Positions 24,961-33,576 of a DNA stretch of 42,976 nucleotides are shown here, in pieces. Origin of the DNA: a virus (lineage: Duplodnaviria; Caudoviricetes); IMG/VR virus record IMGVR_UViG_3300028585_000010, positions 1 through 42,976 of that record. One strand, 5' to 3'. The translations under genes and the position numbers were made by a program. The notes under the pieces were generated by a model. That model worked only from the letters and a program-made list of their open reading frames with translations. It had not been told where the DNA came from and searched no databases. Each line of letters starts with the position of its first letter. The first letter of the stretch is position 1.

Positions 24961-27132
24961 ATGGCTAATCCCTCCCAGGCTAAACTGCCAACTATCCGCA
25001 TCGAGAATCTTGGTGCGGCACAGTCAAATGTACCTTTCACCTTTGGTCAGGTGTTTGGGGTTGGTCATGTGAAGCCTGGAGAGGGGCTGTCTGCTGTGCT
25101 GGAGGATGGCTCCAAGGTCGCGCTACAAGTCGATCAGAAGGCGACGCACCCGGATGGCTCTGTGCGACACGCTGTTCTGTCTGGAGTGCTTCCTAAGCTC
25201 GATAAAGGTGCGACAGAGACGTTACAGCTAGTGAAGGCAGATCAGGTAAAGGGTAAGTTCGTGCCTGACCTCGCTGGCCTTGCTGGCTCCGTCGAAATCA
25301 CCATTGATGGCGTCAAATACACTGCCGGCGCGCTGTCTGGCAAGGCTATTGAGTGGCTGAGCGGCCATGTGGTGGCTGAATCGATTGTCGATGCGCCTCT
25401 TGTCGACGCTAAAGGTAATCCTCATTCTCATCTGACAGTTCGTGCGGGCATCCGTGGCTATGTCTCGAAGCATGCTCGAATCGAAGTCATCATCGAGAAC
25501 ACAAAGACGTTCACTCCAGGTGCAAACAACTTTAAGTACGATGTCGCTTTCAAGCTCGGGAAAGATGTCGTCTTCGAGAAAAAAGGCTTGATGCACTATC
25601 ACCATGCGCGCTGGCGTAAAGTGTTCTGGACTGGCGGCGAACCGTTGATCCATGTTCAGCACGATCCAGAATACGTCATTGGCACAAAGGCGGTTTCTAA
25701 CTACGACCGCTCTGCTACGCCGCAAGAAAAGAATCTACAATCGGTAACTCAACGAGTTACGGAAGAAAATACCGCCATTATGGCTGTTGGCCCCATCAAC
25801 AAAGCCATGGGCACGACTGGTGGGCGTCCTGATATCGGCCCTCTTCCGAGCTGGTACGTGATGTATCTGCTGTCGGCTGATAAGCGCCCGCGTGATGTCA
25901 TGATGGCGGCTGCTGAAGGTTCAGGTAGCTGGTCTATCCACTACCGCGACGAGAACACTGGCTATCCTGTGCGTACCGATAACGAGAAGAACAAGAACAT
26001 CTCTACGCACATGAACTTGTCTAACAAAGGGCCATTACCTGTCCCTCGTTTCGCCACCGGCAAGGGTACTCTGTCCACGCCTCTGTCGAACGACACGGCG
26101 CACCAACCGTCCTTTGCTTATTTGCCGTATCTTCTGACTGGCGACTACTACTTCCTCGAAGAGCTTCAGTTTTGGGCGACCAGCAACACGCTAGAGACCG
26201 ATCCTGGCAATCGTGGATACGAAAAAGGCTTGGTGAACTGGCAGCAAGTCCGAGGTCAGGCATGGTCTCTGCGCACGCTGGGTCATGCTGCCTACATCAC
26301 GCCGGACGATCACCCGCTCAAGGACTATTTCCTCAAGCAGCTCGACAACAACATCGAGTTCTACCGCCAGACCTATGTCGAGGGCAACCCGAACGCGTTG
26401 GGGGTGTACGACGGCTCCGGCAAGAACTCGTTCCCCATCGCGGCGTCGGCGCCATGGCAGGACGACTTCCTGACCTGGAGCTTCGGCAACCTGGTCGAGC
26501 TTGGCTTCGAGAAGGCCCGGCCGATCCTTGAATGGAAGGCCAAGTATCCGGTCGGCCGCATGACGGCGCCGGGTTTTTGCCAGATTGCCGCAGCTGCGTA
26601 CTACATGGAGTTCCGCCCCGCACCGAAAGAGCCCCTGTTCTCGAACTTGGCGGATATGTACCAGTTCAATTTCGGCGGCGACAAGATCTCGTTCGAAAGC
26701 AAAGCGCTCAAGCACCCCAAGGGCCTCAAGTTCATCGATCAGCCGTGCGGCAGCCAGGAGCAGGCCGACTGGATGACCGCCACCAACGGATTCAATTGGG
26801 CGGTGGGCCGGATGGGCGGCTTCTCCGACTCGGTGATGGGCTATCCGGCGAACATGCAGCCTGCACTGGCGGTGGCCGCTACGCTAGCTGTACCGAAGGC
26901 TGACGAAGCATGGGCCCGGTTTGACGCACGGACGGCTAAGCCTGATTACCGGACCGGCCCGCAATTCGCGATCGTGCCGCGCCCACCCGAGAAGGTGGAA
27001 GAACAGCCGCAGCCAGAAAAGCAGACGATCGGCCTGCGCGGAGTCAAGTCCGATGCGGACGAACAACTGCAGGTGACGCATGCCGGCATCAAGGCGGGCA
27101 CGCGGTACACTGTTGTCATTTTGGAAGAATAG
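24961..27132 (+). CDS. Large PcRGLX/YetA-like (polysaccharide-lyase-like) protein, 723 aa
   Basis: N-terminal VPFTFGQVF..G....LQVD..ATHPDGSVRHA; DTAHQPSFAYLPYLLTGDYYFLEELQFWA; QVRGQAWSLR; ORF certain, family inferred. Confidence 0.6.
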   Translation: MANPSQAKLPTIRIENLGAAQSNVPFTFGQVFGVGHVKPGEGLSAVLEDGSKVALQVDQKATHPDGSVRHAVLSGVLPKLDKGATETLQLVKADQVKGKFVPDLAGLAGSVEITIDGVKYTAGALSGKAIEWLSGHVVAESIVDAPLVDAKGNPHSHLTVRAGIRGYVSKHARIEVIIENTKTFTPGANNFKYDVAFKLGKDVVFEKKGLMHYHHARWRKVFWTGGEPLIHVQHDPEYVIGTKAVSNYDRSATPQEKNLQSVTQRVTEENTAIMAVGPINKAMGTTGGRPDIGPLPSWYVMYLLSADKRPRDVMMAAAEGSGSWSIHYRDENTGYPVRTDNEKNKNISTHMNLSNKGPLPVPRFATGKGTLSTPLSNDTAHQPSFAYLPYLLTGDYYFLEELQFWATSNTLETDPGNRGYEKGLVNWQQVRGQAWSLRTLGHAAYITPDDHPLKDYFLKQLDNNIEFYRQTYVEGNPNALGVYDGSGKNSFPIAASAPWQDDFLTWSFGNLVELGFEKARPILEWKAKYPVGRMTAPGFCQIAAAAYYMEFRPAPKEPLFSNLADMYQFNFGGDKISFESKALKHPKGLKFIDQPCGSQEQADWMTATNGFNWAVGRMGGFSDSVMGYPANMQPALAVAATLAVPKADEAWARFDARTAKPDYRTGPQFAIVPRPPEKVEEQPQPEKQTIGLRGVKSDADEQLQVTHAGIKAGTRYTVVILEE

Positions 27133-27135
27133 TAA

Positions 27136-29838
27136 ATGACGGTTAAGTTTAATAGAGCGTCCTTACAGTACCTCAGCGCTCCAGACGGGCTGAACAATAC
27201 ATTCCCCGATGAGGCGTGGTCGCTCTGTTTTGTCCTTTGTATTGATGGGACGTACACAGGCGCCGAGAACCAAATTCTTTTTTCTACCGGAGCAATCGCT
27301 ACCGGCGCGGTGAATGTTTCCTATCTTGGGCCCGGCCATTCCACCCCTAATTCGATTGGTGTCCAGATAGGATCGGCCAGCAGCATATTCGCCGCACCCG
27401 CCAATTCCCTGAGCGGGTCTTCTAAGTGGGTAATCTCCCTTGGAAGGGGCAGCACCGGCGGCGTGAGCCTGCGCATGAGCCCTATTCTGGCTACCGCCCC
27501 GGCGGACGGTAACGCGGTCCCGACTGTGACCTTGTCGGGCGCTAGCTTGAGCGGCACGCGTGACGGCCCGGGTTCGATGGTGATCGGTGCGCGTGCGGAT
27601 CTTGAGCCGGCGAAGGCTGCGGATCAGTCCATCGGCCGATTGTTCCGGGTCCGGGGCGGCATTCTGTCGACCTATGAGGTCGCGCGGCTGGCCTATGGCG
27701 AGACCGTTTACGATATCGGCAGGACTCCTGATTTTTATTTCCCCCTGGCTACTGCAGCCGACCTGACGGATCTCGGCCCACAGGCGGTGGTCCTTAAAGC
27801 GACCAACGGTCCGACTACCGGCACCGATCCCGGGTTCGGGTACGCACCTTCGGCCCCTATGGCGCCGGAATTTACGTCGGCCCCCGCGATTATTGGCACG
27901 CCGTCAGTCGGCACGGCCACAAGCTACACCGCCGGCACTGTTACGGGCTCGCCCGTGCCCACTGTGACGCGGCAATGGCTGCTCGACGGTGTCGCTATAC
28001 CCGACGCCACCGGCGCGGCTTACACCCCGGTGGCCGGCGACGCCGGCAAGCAATTGGCCGTCCGGGAGACCGCGACGAACGCGAGCGGTTCGGTCAGCTC
28101 AACCAGCCCGGGTGTCGCCGTCGCCGCGCCCCCGGCCTTTGCTGATAGTTTCACGCCGATGACTTCGCGCCGCATCTATCAGCGCATCTCGGGCAAAGCC
28201 GCGGTGAAGATGTCGGGCGAATACAATGTAGCTCCGGCCACGATTGAAGCGCAGCTCGTTGCGTCTGCAGACGGCACGACGGTGTTGCAGGCTTGGACGC
28301 CGCTGACTGCGACGACCATTTCTGGCAACGCGTGGGAGGGCACGCTGGCCGCGAACCAAGGCGGCGGATACCGCGCGCAAGTACGATTCAAAAATGCGTC
28401 TGGTACGGTCATCTACACGTCCGCTCTGGACACGAATTCGTGGGGCGTGGGCGAACTGATTGTTGGCGCGGGATCGTCGACGATTCACGGCTGGTGGACG
28501 AGCGGAACTTACCCGGGGACCGCGTACATTGCCACTTACCGCACGACTGACGGCTACACCTGGAAGTCTTTCCCGACGGCGTCCAACGGCATCGCCAAAA
28601 AGATCGCCAACGATTTGGCTTTGCGCCTGGGTGTGCCAGTCGGCATGATCGGCGCCGGCGAGTCAGGCACGATGCTCAAGACCTGGACCGAGGCGGGCAA
28701 TCCCTATTTTGCCAAGCTCACCTCCGCGATCAACGCTCAGGGCGGCAAGATCGGGGCGTTGATCGTATCCATGGGCTCGAACGATGCCGGGAATAACGTT
28801 GTCGTCAGCCGGGCCGCGCACGCAGCCATGTTGCGCAAGTTTATTGCGGACGTGCGCGCGCTGACGGGCCAGCCCGACCTTAAGGTGCTGATCAGTGGCT
28901 TTAATCGCCGCACCGACACCAACAGCACCCAGGCCAACTACGTACGCATGGCTGAACTGGACGTAGGTGCAGACGCCAACGTTTATCACTTTCCCACTGT
29001 CGATATGGCACTGGGTGGCGACGGCATCCATCTGGCGAGTTACGACGAAAGCGGCAACCGAGCCGTTGCGGTGTTTAATCCGGTGCTCGCCGGCGACCCG
29101 ACGTATCGTCAGGGTCCGAAGATCGCCAGCATGATGTACTCGGGCAGTAAGTTCACGGTCAATCTGCAGCACCGCAATGGTACGGACTTCACGCCCACCA
29201 GCGGCAATAGCGGGTTCGCCGCCAGCGACGCGACCGGAGCACTGACCCTGACCGCTGCGCGCAAGAGTGCCACGCAGATTGAGCTGATGGCTGATCGAGC
29301 TATCGGGGCCAGTCCGAAACTCACCTACATGGCCGGGGCTGACCCAGATGTGTCAGCGTTCACGTTTGATAACGGCGCCTATGCGCTGCCGATGGACGTT
29401 GAGACGGACATGGCTGCCACGCAACAAGCCCCAGGTGCGGATACCACGGCGCCCACGTTCCCGGCAGGGGCCACGGCCACGGTAACCAACATCACCAACA
29501 ACGGCGCGACGATCACGGTGCCGGCCGCTACGGACGACGTGGCGGTGGCGGGGTACCAAGTCAGTGTGAACGGCGGCGCGAGCTACAACAATGCCCCAGG
29601 GCGCGTGATCCCGCTCACTGGCCTGCCAGCCGGAACCGCAGTACAGGCTCGAGTCCGCGCGTACGATGCGGTGCTGAACTACTCCAGCCCACTATCGGCC
29701 AACTTCACCACGTTGAGCGACACTCCCGCCCCCGGCGGCATTGATGCGACGAAAGTCCCGGTCGAGCGAAGAGTTGTTTTCGAAGGCAATAAGCGCGTGG
29801 TACCATTTGAGGGAAGTATTCGAAAGGTGGTTTTCTAA
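27136..29838 (+). CDS. Multidomain fibre/appendage protein: LamG-like, Ig-like, SGNH/SASA esterase, FN3
   Basis: SGNH blocks GAGSS / GESG / MGSND / DGIH; Ig-like RQWLLDGVAIPDATGAAYTP..D.GK; FN3 ATDDVAVAGY...LTGL...VRVRAYDA. Confidence 0.75.
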   Translation: MTVKFNRASLQYLSAPDGLNNTFPDEAWSLCFVLCIDGTYTGAENQILFSTGAIATGAVNVSYLGPGHSTPNSIGVQIGSASSIFAAPANSLSGSSKWVISLGRGSTGGVSLRMSPILATAPADGNAVPTVTLSGASLSGTRDGPGSMVIGARADLEPAKAADQSIGRLFRVRGGILSTYEVARLAYGETVYDIGRTPDFYFPLATAADLTDLGPQAVVLKATNGPTTGTDPGFGYAPSAPMAPEFTSAPAIIGTPSVGTATSYTAGTVTGSPVPTVTRQWLLDGVAIPDATGAAYTPVAGDAGKQLAVRETATNASGSVSSTSPGVAVAAPPAFADSFTPMTSRRIYQRISGKAAVKMSGEYNVAPATIEAQLVASADGTTVLQAWTPLTATTISGNAWEGTLAANQGGGYRAQVRFKNASGTVIYTSALDTNSWGVGELIVGAGSSTIHGWWTSGTYPGTAYIATYRTTDGYTWKSFPTASNGIAKKIANDLALRLGVPVGMIGAGESGTMLKTWTEAGNPYFAKLTSAINAQGGKIGALIVSMGSNDAGNNVVVSRAAHAAMLRKFIADVRALTGQPDLKVLISGFNRRTDTNSTQANYVRMAELDVGADANVYHFPTVDMALGGDGIHLASYDESGNRAVAVFNPVLAGDPTYRQGPKIASMMYSGSKFTVNLQHRNGTDFTPTSGNSGFAASDATGALTLTAARKSATQIELMADRAIGASPKLTYMAGADPDVSAFTFDNGAYALPMDVETDMAATQQAPGADTTAPTFPAGATATVTNITNNGATITVPAATDDVAVAGYQVSVNGGASYNNAPGRVIPLTGLPAGTAVQARVRAYDAVLNYSSPLSANFTTLSDTPAPGGIDATKVPVERRVVFEGNKRVVPFEGSIRKVVF

Positions 29839-30155
29839 TGGCAAGTACGATCCCAACTCTGGTTCAAGGCAAGTGGACATTGCAGGTCGATCCTGACGAT
29901 GAGGTCAATTACGTTGCTGATGTGACGCAATGGCTCATTGACAACGCCACCACCGCTGCGTCGTTCGAGCTCATTCCTACCGGCATCACGGTTTTGCTCA
30001 AGGGTGACCCGCAAGGCGATCGTAGCGGCCTTCTGCCCGCTAAGCTCAAGTTCACTAGCGATACTGTTACCGCGCGCTCGTGCACCTGGCGGGTGACCAC
30101 GGCCGACGGCCAGCGTTTTGACAAAACGATGCATTTCACACCAGTGCAGAACTAA
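29838..30155 (+). CDS. Putative fibre-to-neck adaptor
   Basis: DPDDEVNYVADVTQWL...VTTADGQRFDKT; lies between the fibre and the head-tail connector. Confidence 0.6.
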   Translation: MASTIPTLVQGKWTLQVDPDDEVNYVADVTQWLIDNATTAASFELIPTGITVLLKGDPQGDRSGLLPAKLKFTSDTVTARSCTWRVTTADGQRFDKTMHFTPVQN

Positions 30156-30156
30156 C

Positions 30157-30765
30157 ATGATCAACGCCACCAAATTGCCGTCCGCCGAGCCGCAAATGCG
30201 GTTGTTGGCGTTGGACGACGCCTCGGTCGAACCGATCAGCCTCGAAGAGGCCAAGAAGCACCTGCGGCTTGAAGGCGTGCTCGACGATGAAGACGACCTG
30301 ATCAGCAGCATGATCACGGCCGCACGCGAGATGGCAGAAGGTAGGCTGAACCGCACTCTGGTGCGGCGCGTGCGTGAAGTCGCCGCTTGCAACTGGGGCA
30401 CGATCAAGTTACTGAAGCCGCCTTTCGTCCAGGTCGAGTCGGTGAGCTATTTCGACGCCGACGGCCAGTCGTTCGACGTGGATGCGTCTGACCTTTCCGT
30501 GTCTAGCATACGCGAGCCAGCCACGGTGTCGCTCCGCTACGGTTTCCCGGCGCCGCAGCTCGCGCGTCAGGATGAGGCCATCATCGTCCGGTACACCGCA
30601 GGTTACGCGCCTGGCGAAGTGCCGCGCATGATCGTGCAGTGGATGCTGCTGGTGATCGGTGCGCTGTACGCGCACCGCGAGAGTTTCGTGGCCGGCGTCT
30701 CGGTGACGATGATCCCGGAAGAGTTCAACAAGTGGCTCCTGCAGCCGTACATGGTGTACGAATGA
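30157..30765 (+). CDS. Head-tail connector (gp6-like)
   Basis: EPISLEEAKKHLR...EDDLI..MITAARE.AE; YTAGY; LYAHRE. Confidence 0.9.
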   Translation: MINATKLPSAEPQMRLLALDDASVEPISLEEAKKHLRLEGVLDDEDDLISSMITAAREMAEGRLNRTLVRRVREVAACNWGTIKLLKPPFVQVESVSYFDADGQSFDVDASDLSVSSIREPATVSLRYGFPAPQLARQDEAIIVRYTAGYAPGEVPRMIVQWMLLVIGALYAHRESFVAGVSVTMIPEEFNKWLLQPYMVYE

Positions 30766-31124
30766 GGGGCGGACAGCTCGATCGGCGCATCACGATCCTG
30801 GCCCCAGGCCCAGACGTTGACGGCGGTGAATACGGCCCGCAGCCAGGCGAGTACGCGCCCATTTTCAGGGGCGAACGCATTCCGGCACGCCGCGTGGACG
30901 AGTTGCCCAGCAACTCGGAAAGCATCGCAGAGGGCTTGCGGCTCGCGCACCGCCCGGCCAAGCTGCATATCCGCTACCGGCCCGACATCACCTCGGACAT
31001 GCGGATCATCATGCACGACGAGAGCGACAAGGTGTACGAGATCAGCGGCGGCCCGGCAGAGATCGGCCGGCGCGAGTGGATTGAATTGACGATCAGGGAG
31101 TATTCGACCAGTGGCAGCGCGTGA
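30762..31124 (+). CDS. Head closure/head-tail adaptor
   Basis: MRGGQLDRRITI...IRYRPDITSDMRI. Confidence 0.9.
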   Translation: MRGGQLDRRITILAPGPDVDGGEYGPQPGEYAPIFRGERIPARRVDELPSNSESIAEGLRLAHRPAKLHIRYRPDITSDMRIIMHDESDKVYEISGGPAEIGRREWIELTIREYSTSGSA

Positions 31125-31611
31125 GGAACTGATAACAGGCGGCCGGCAGCTTGACGACCTCCTGAAGACTCTGCCTAAGAAGCTGGAGCGCAATGTCATG
31201 CGCGCGGCCTTGCGGGCTGGCGGCGTAGTTCTCCGGGAAGAAGCCAGGCGACAAGCGCCTGTAGACGACGGCGTACTGCGCAAGAGTATCCGGATATCTA
31301 CACGGTCGCAGCGCGGCTCATTGTACGCGAGTGTCAAGGCCGGTAGTAAGAAAGCTTTCTATGCTCACATGGTTGAGTTCGGAACCCGCCCGCACAAGAT
31401 CAAAGCGAAACCGCAAAGCGCGCTGGACGTGAACGGTAATCCGCGACGTGATGTGGACCACCCAGGTTCGCAACCTCACGCCTTCATGCGCCCCGCCGCA
31501 GACCTGGCGTTCCAGGAAGCCATCAAGGCGTTCGACCGTAAGCTCCGGGAGCGCATGACCACCGCTGGGCTGAATGTGCCGGCCCCCGCACCGGACGACC
31601 CTGAACCATGA
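31111..31611 (+). CDS. HK97 gp10-like neck/tail completion protein
   Basis: APVDDGVLRKSI, FYAHMVEFGT, HPG.QPHAFMRPA. Confidence 0.9.
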   Translation: MAAREELITGGRQLDDLLKTLPKKLERNVMRAALRAGGVVLREEARRQAPVDDGVLRKSIRISTRSQRGSLYASVKAGSKKAFYAHMVEFGTRPHKIKAKPQSALDVNGNPRRDVDHPGSQPHAFMRPAADLAFQEAIKAFDRKLRERMTTAGLNVPAPAPDDPEP

Positions 31612-32015
31612 GCGGCGTCAATATCGTCCGTAAGCTGCTCTCCGAGCACGCGCCACTGTTGGCACTAGTGCCGGCCAAGGCGATCCGCGCTGGCGCGCTG
31701 CCACAGGCCCAAACGCTGCCGGCGGTGAGCGTGCACCGCGTCAGCGGCTACCAGTTCCGCACTGTGGCGAACCGCAGCCCATCCAAGCAGATCCGCGAGC
31801 GCGTCCAGGTGACGGTGCTGGCCGGCACGTACGAAGCCGCAGAGCGTATTTTGAAGGCGGCACAGCTCGGCCGCGGCATGCACATCGGCCAGGTGTTCGA
31901 TTACTACGTCAATAGCGTGGTGCTGGAAGGAATCGGGCCGTACATTCCATCCGGCGACGATAAAATTCACGAACAATCACTGGATTTTATGGTAACTTTC
32001 ACCGAAGCAAACTAG
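31608..32015 (+). CDS. Tail terminator (DUF3168-like)
   Basis: LPQ..TLPAVS..RVS...RVQVTV; position before the tail tube gene. Confidence 0.75.
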   Translation: MSGVNIVRKLLSEHAPLLALVPAKAIRAGALPQAQTLPAVSVHRVSGYQFRTVANRSPSKQIRERVQVTVLAGTYEAAERILKAAQLGRGMHIGQVFDYYVNSVVLEGIGPYIPSGDDKIHEQSLDFMVTFTEAN

Positions 32016-32082
32016 AATATCGGAATGCTTCAGCCCGCCCGTACCGCATCCCGCGCGCGGGCTCTAATCAGGAGAAATCAAA

Positions 32083-32580
32083 ATGCCGTTTCCAGCAGAC
32101 TTTGAAACCATTGCCGGCACCCGGCTGTTCATCAAGCCGGGCCGTGGCACCGACAACACCGAAGCCGCCTTCGAGACGTTCATGGGCACCGGCGCGTTCG
32201 AATTCACGGTTACCCAAGTCGGCCCCATTGAAGGCCGCGCGTACAACACCTCCGAACTCGATGTCGTGAGCCAGGGTCAGGTGCGCCGCAAGCTGGGCAA
32301 CTACCAGCTGCCGGACAGCGAATGGCAAGTGCTGGAAGAAGGCCCGGACGGTGAACCCGATGCGTACGAAGCCGCCCTCGAAGCGATGCGCGACCGCACC
32401 ATCTGCTCGTTCGCTGTCGTGCGTCAGTCGGGCCGCGTGTTCTACTTCACCGCCCAGGTGATGAACCTGTCGGAAGCCGGCGGCGGCAGTAACGACAACG
32501 TGACCTATACGATGCCGCTGCTGCTGCAAACCGAAGCGTTCTCGGCGCTGACCCCAGTGGTGCCGAACGACACCCCGTAA
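32083..32580 (+). CDS. Major tail tube protein
   Basis: Position, size, YFTAQVM motif, AGGAG RBS. Confidence 0.8.
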   Translation: MPFPADFETIAGTRLFIKPGRGTDNTEAAFETFMGTGAFEFTVTQVGPIEGRAYNTSELDVVSQGQVRRKLGNYQLPDSEWQVLEEGPDGEPDAYEAALEAMRDRTICSFAVVRQSGRVFYFTAQVMNLSEAGGGSNDNVTYTMPLLLQTEAFSALTPVVPNDTP

Positions 32581-32686
32581 CACTTTCGGCCGCAAGGCCA
32601 TAACCGAGCACCGACCGCGCGGCCGTCATTCCTTGGGAGGGAGCGACCGCGCGGCACGGGCAATAATCCCTCTCAAGGAACCGTAA

Positions 32687-33124
32687 ATGAGCAATTTCGA
32701 TATCAAGTCGCTGGCGATCGCCAGCACCGGCACTATGCCAATCCGCGATGTGGATGGCGAGATCCAGTACAACGACAAGGGCGAGGAACTGAGCATCACC
32801 TTCCACAGCCCTGGCACCCGCGAGTTTGCCCAAGCCAAGCACGAACACGAAGAAAAGCTCGGCGCCCGCCTGCTGAAAATGCAAGGCGGCAAGGGTGAAA
32901 AGTCCGACCCCGATCAAGATCTCAAGAGCATCGCAACCTTCTTGGCGAAGGTGACGGTATCGCTCAACGGCTTCAAGTATGACGGCGGCCCGAAGGCGCT
33001 GTACGAAGACCGCGAGCTGGGCCACATCACCGAAGCCGCTAACAAGTTCCTCGGTGAACGGGGAAACTTCAAGCGCAAGTCGGGCAACGACTCGTCGAAT
33101 ACGTCCGCTACGTTGCCTGGCTAA
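32687..33124 (+). CDS. Tail assembly chaperone (gpG-like)
   Basis: Between tail tube and tape measure; contains the slippery site. Confidence 0.85.
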   Translation: MSNFDIKSLAIASTGTMPIRDVDGEIQYNDKGEELSITFHSPGTREFAQAKHEHEEKLGARLLKMQGGKGEKSDPDQDLKSIATFLAKVTVSLNGFKYDGGPKALYEDRELGHITEAANKFLGERGNFKRKSGNDSSNTSATLPG

Positions 33125-33576
33125 ATGCTACACCCGAGCCGCCGGAGCGAAAGGGTAAGAACACCGCCCCGCCTCCCAAGCAACGCCAGCGGCGGCTCGA
33201 TATTCTCGATGCACTGGGGTTCGTGCCCCAGCCCGAGATAGAGGTCGGACAGCATTTGATTGATGCGCTGTTCAAGGTGGGCCCGGCGCATGCTGAAGCG
33301 CCGCTGAACGAGGGCGATCTTGAGCCGTACGAAAGGCGGCGCGGAATCGAGTTCGAACCATGGCAGGCCGAGTTGATCGTGGAATTGTCAAAGGCGTATC
33401 TCCATGAGACGCACGAGGCAAGGAAACTAGGTGCGGAATGCCCGTGGGACGAATTGAAGGAAACTTGGCATCGTATCCGCAATGCCAGAACCGAGAAGCA
33501 ATGGGATCGCGTGCGGCCCCAGCCTGAAGGAGCAAAGACCAAGTGGCCGTCATCAGCGACATCGAGATCCGCCTAA
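33061..33576 (+). CDS. -1 frameshift extension of the tail chaperone (gpGT-like)
   Basis: G GGA AAC heptamer at 33061-33067 in the correct phase; -1 frame open (..LVEYVRYVAWLNATPE..) and continuous with ORF 33223-33576. Confidence 0.85.
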   Translation, partial: GKLQAQVGQRLVEYVRYVAWLNATPEPPERKGKNTAPPPKQRQRRLDILDALGFVPQPEIEVGQHLIDALFKVGPAHAEAPLNEGDLEPYERRRGIEFEPWQAELIVELSKAYLHETHEARKLGAECPWDELKETWHRIRNARTEKQWDRVRPQPEGAKTKWPSSATSRSA

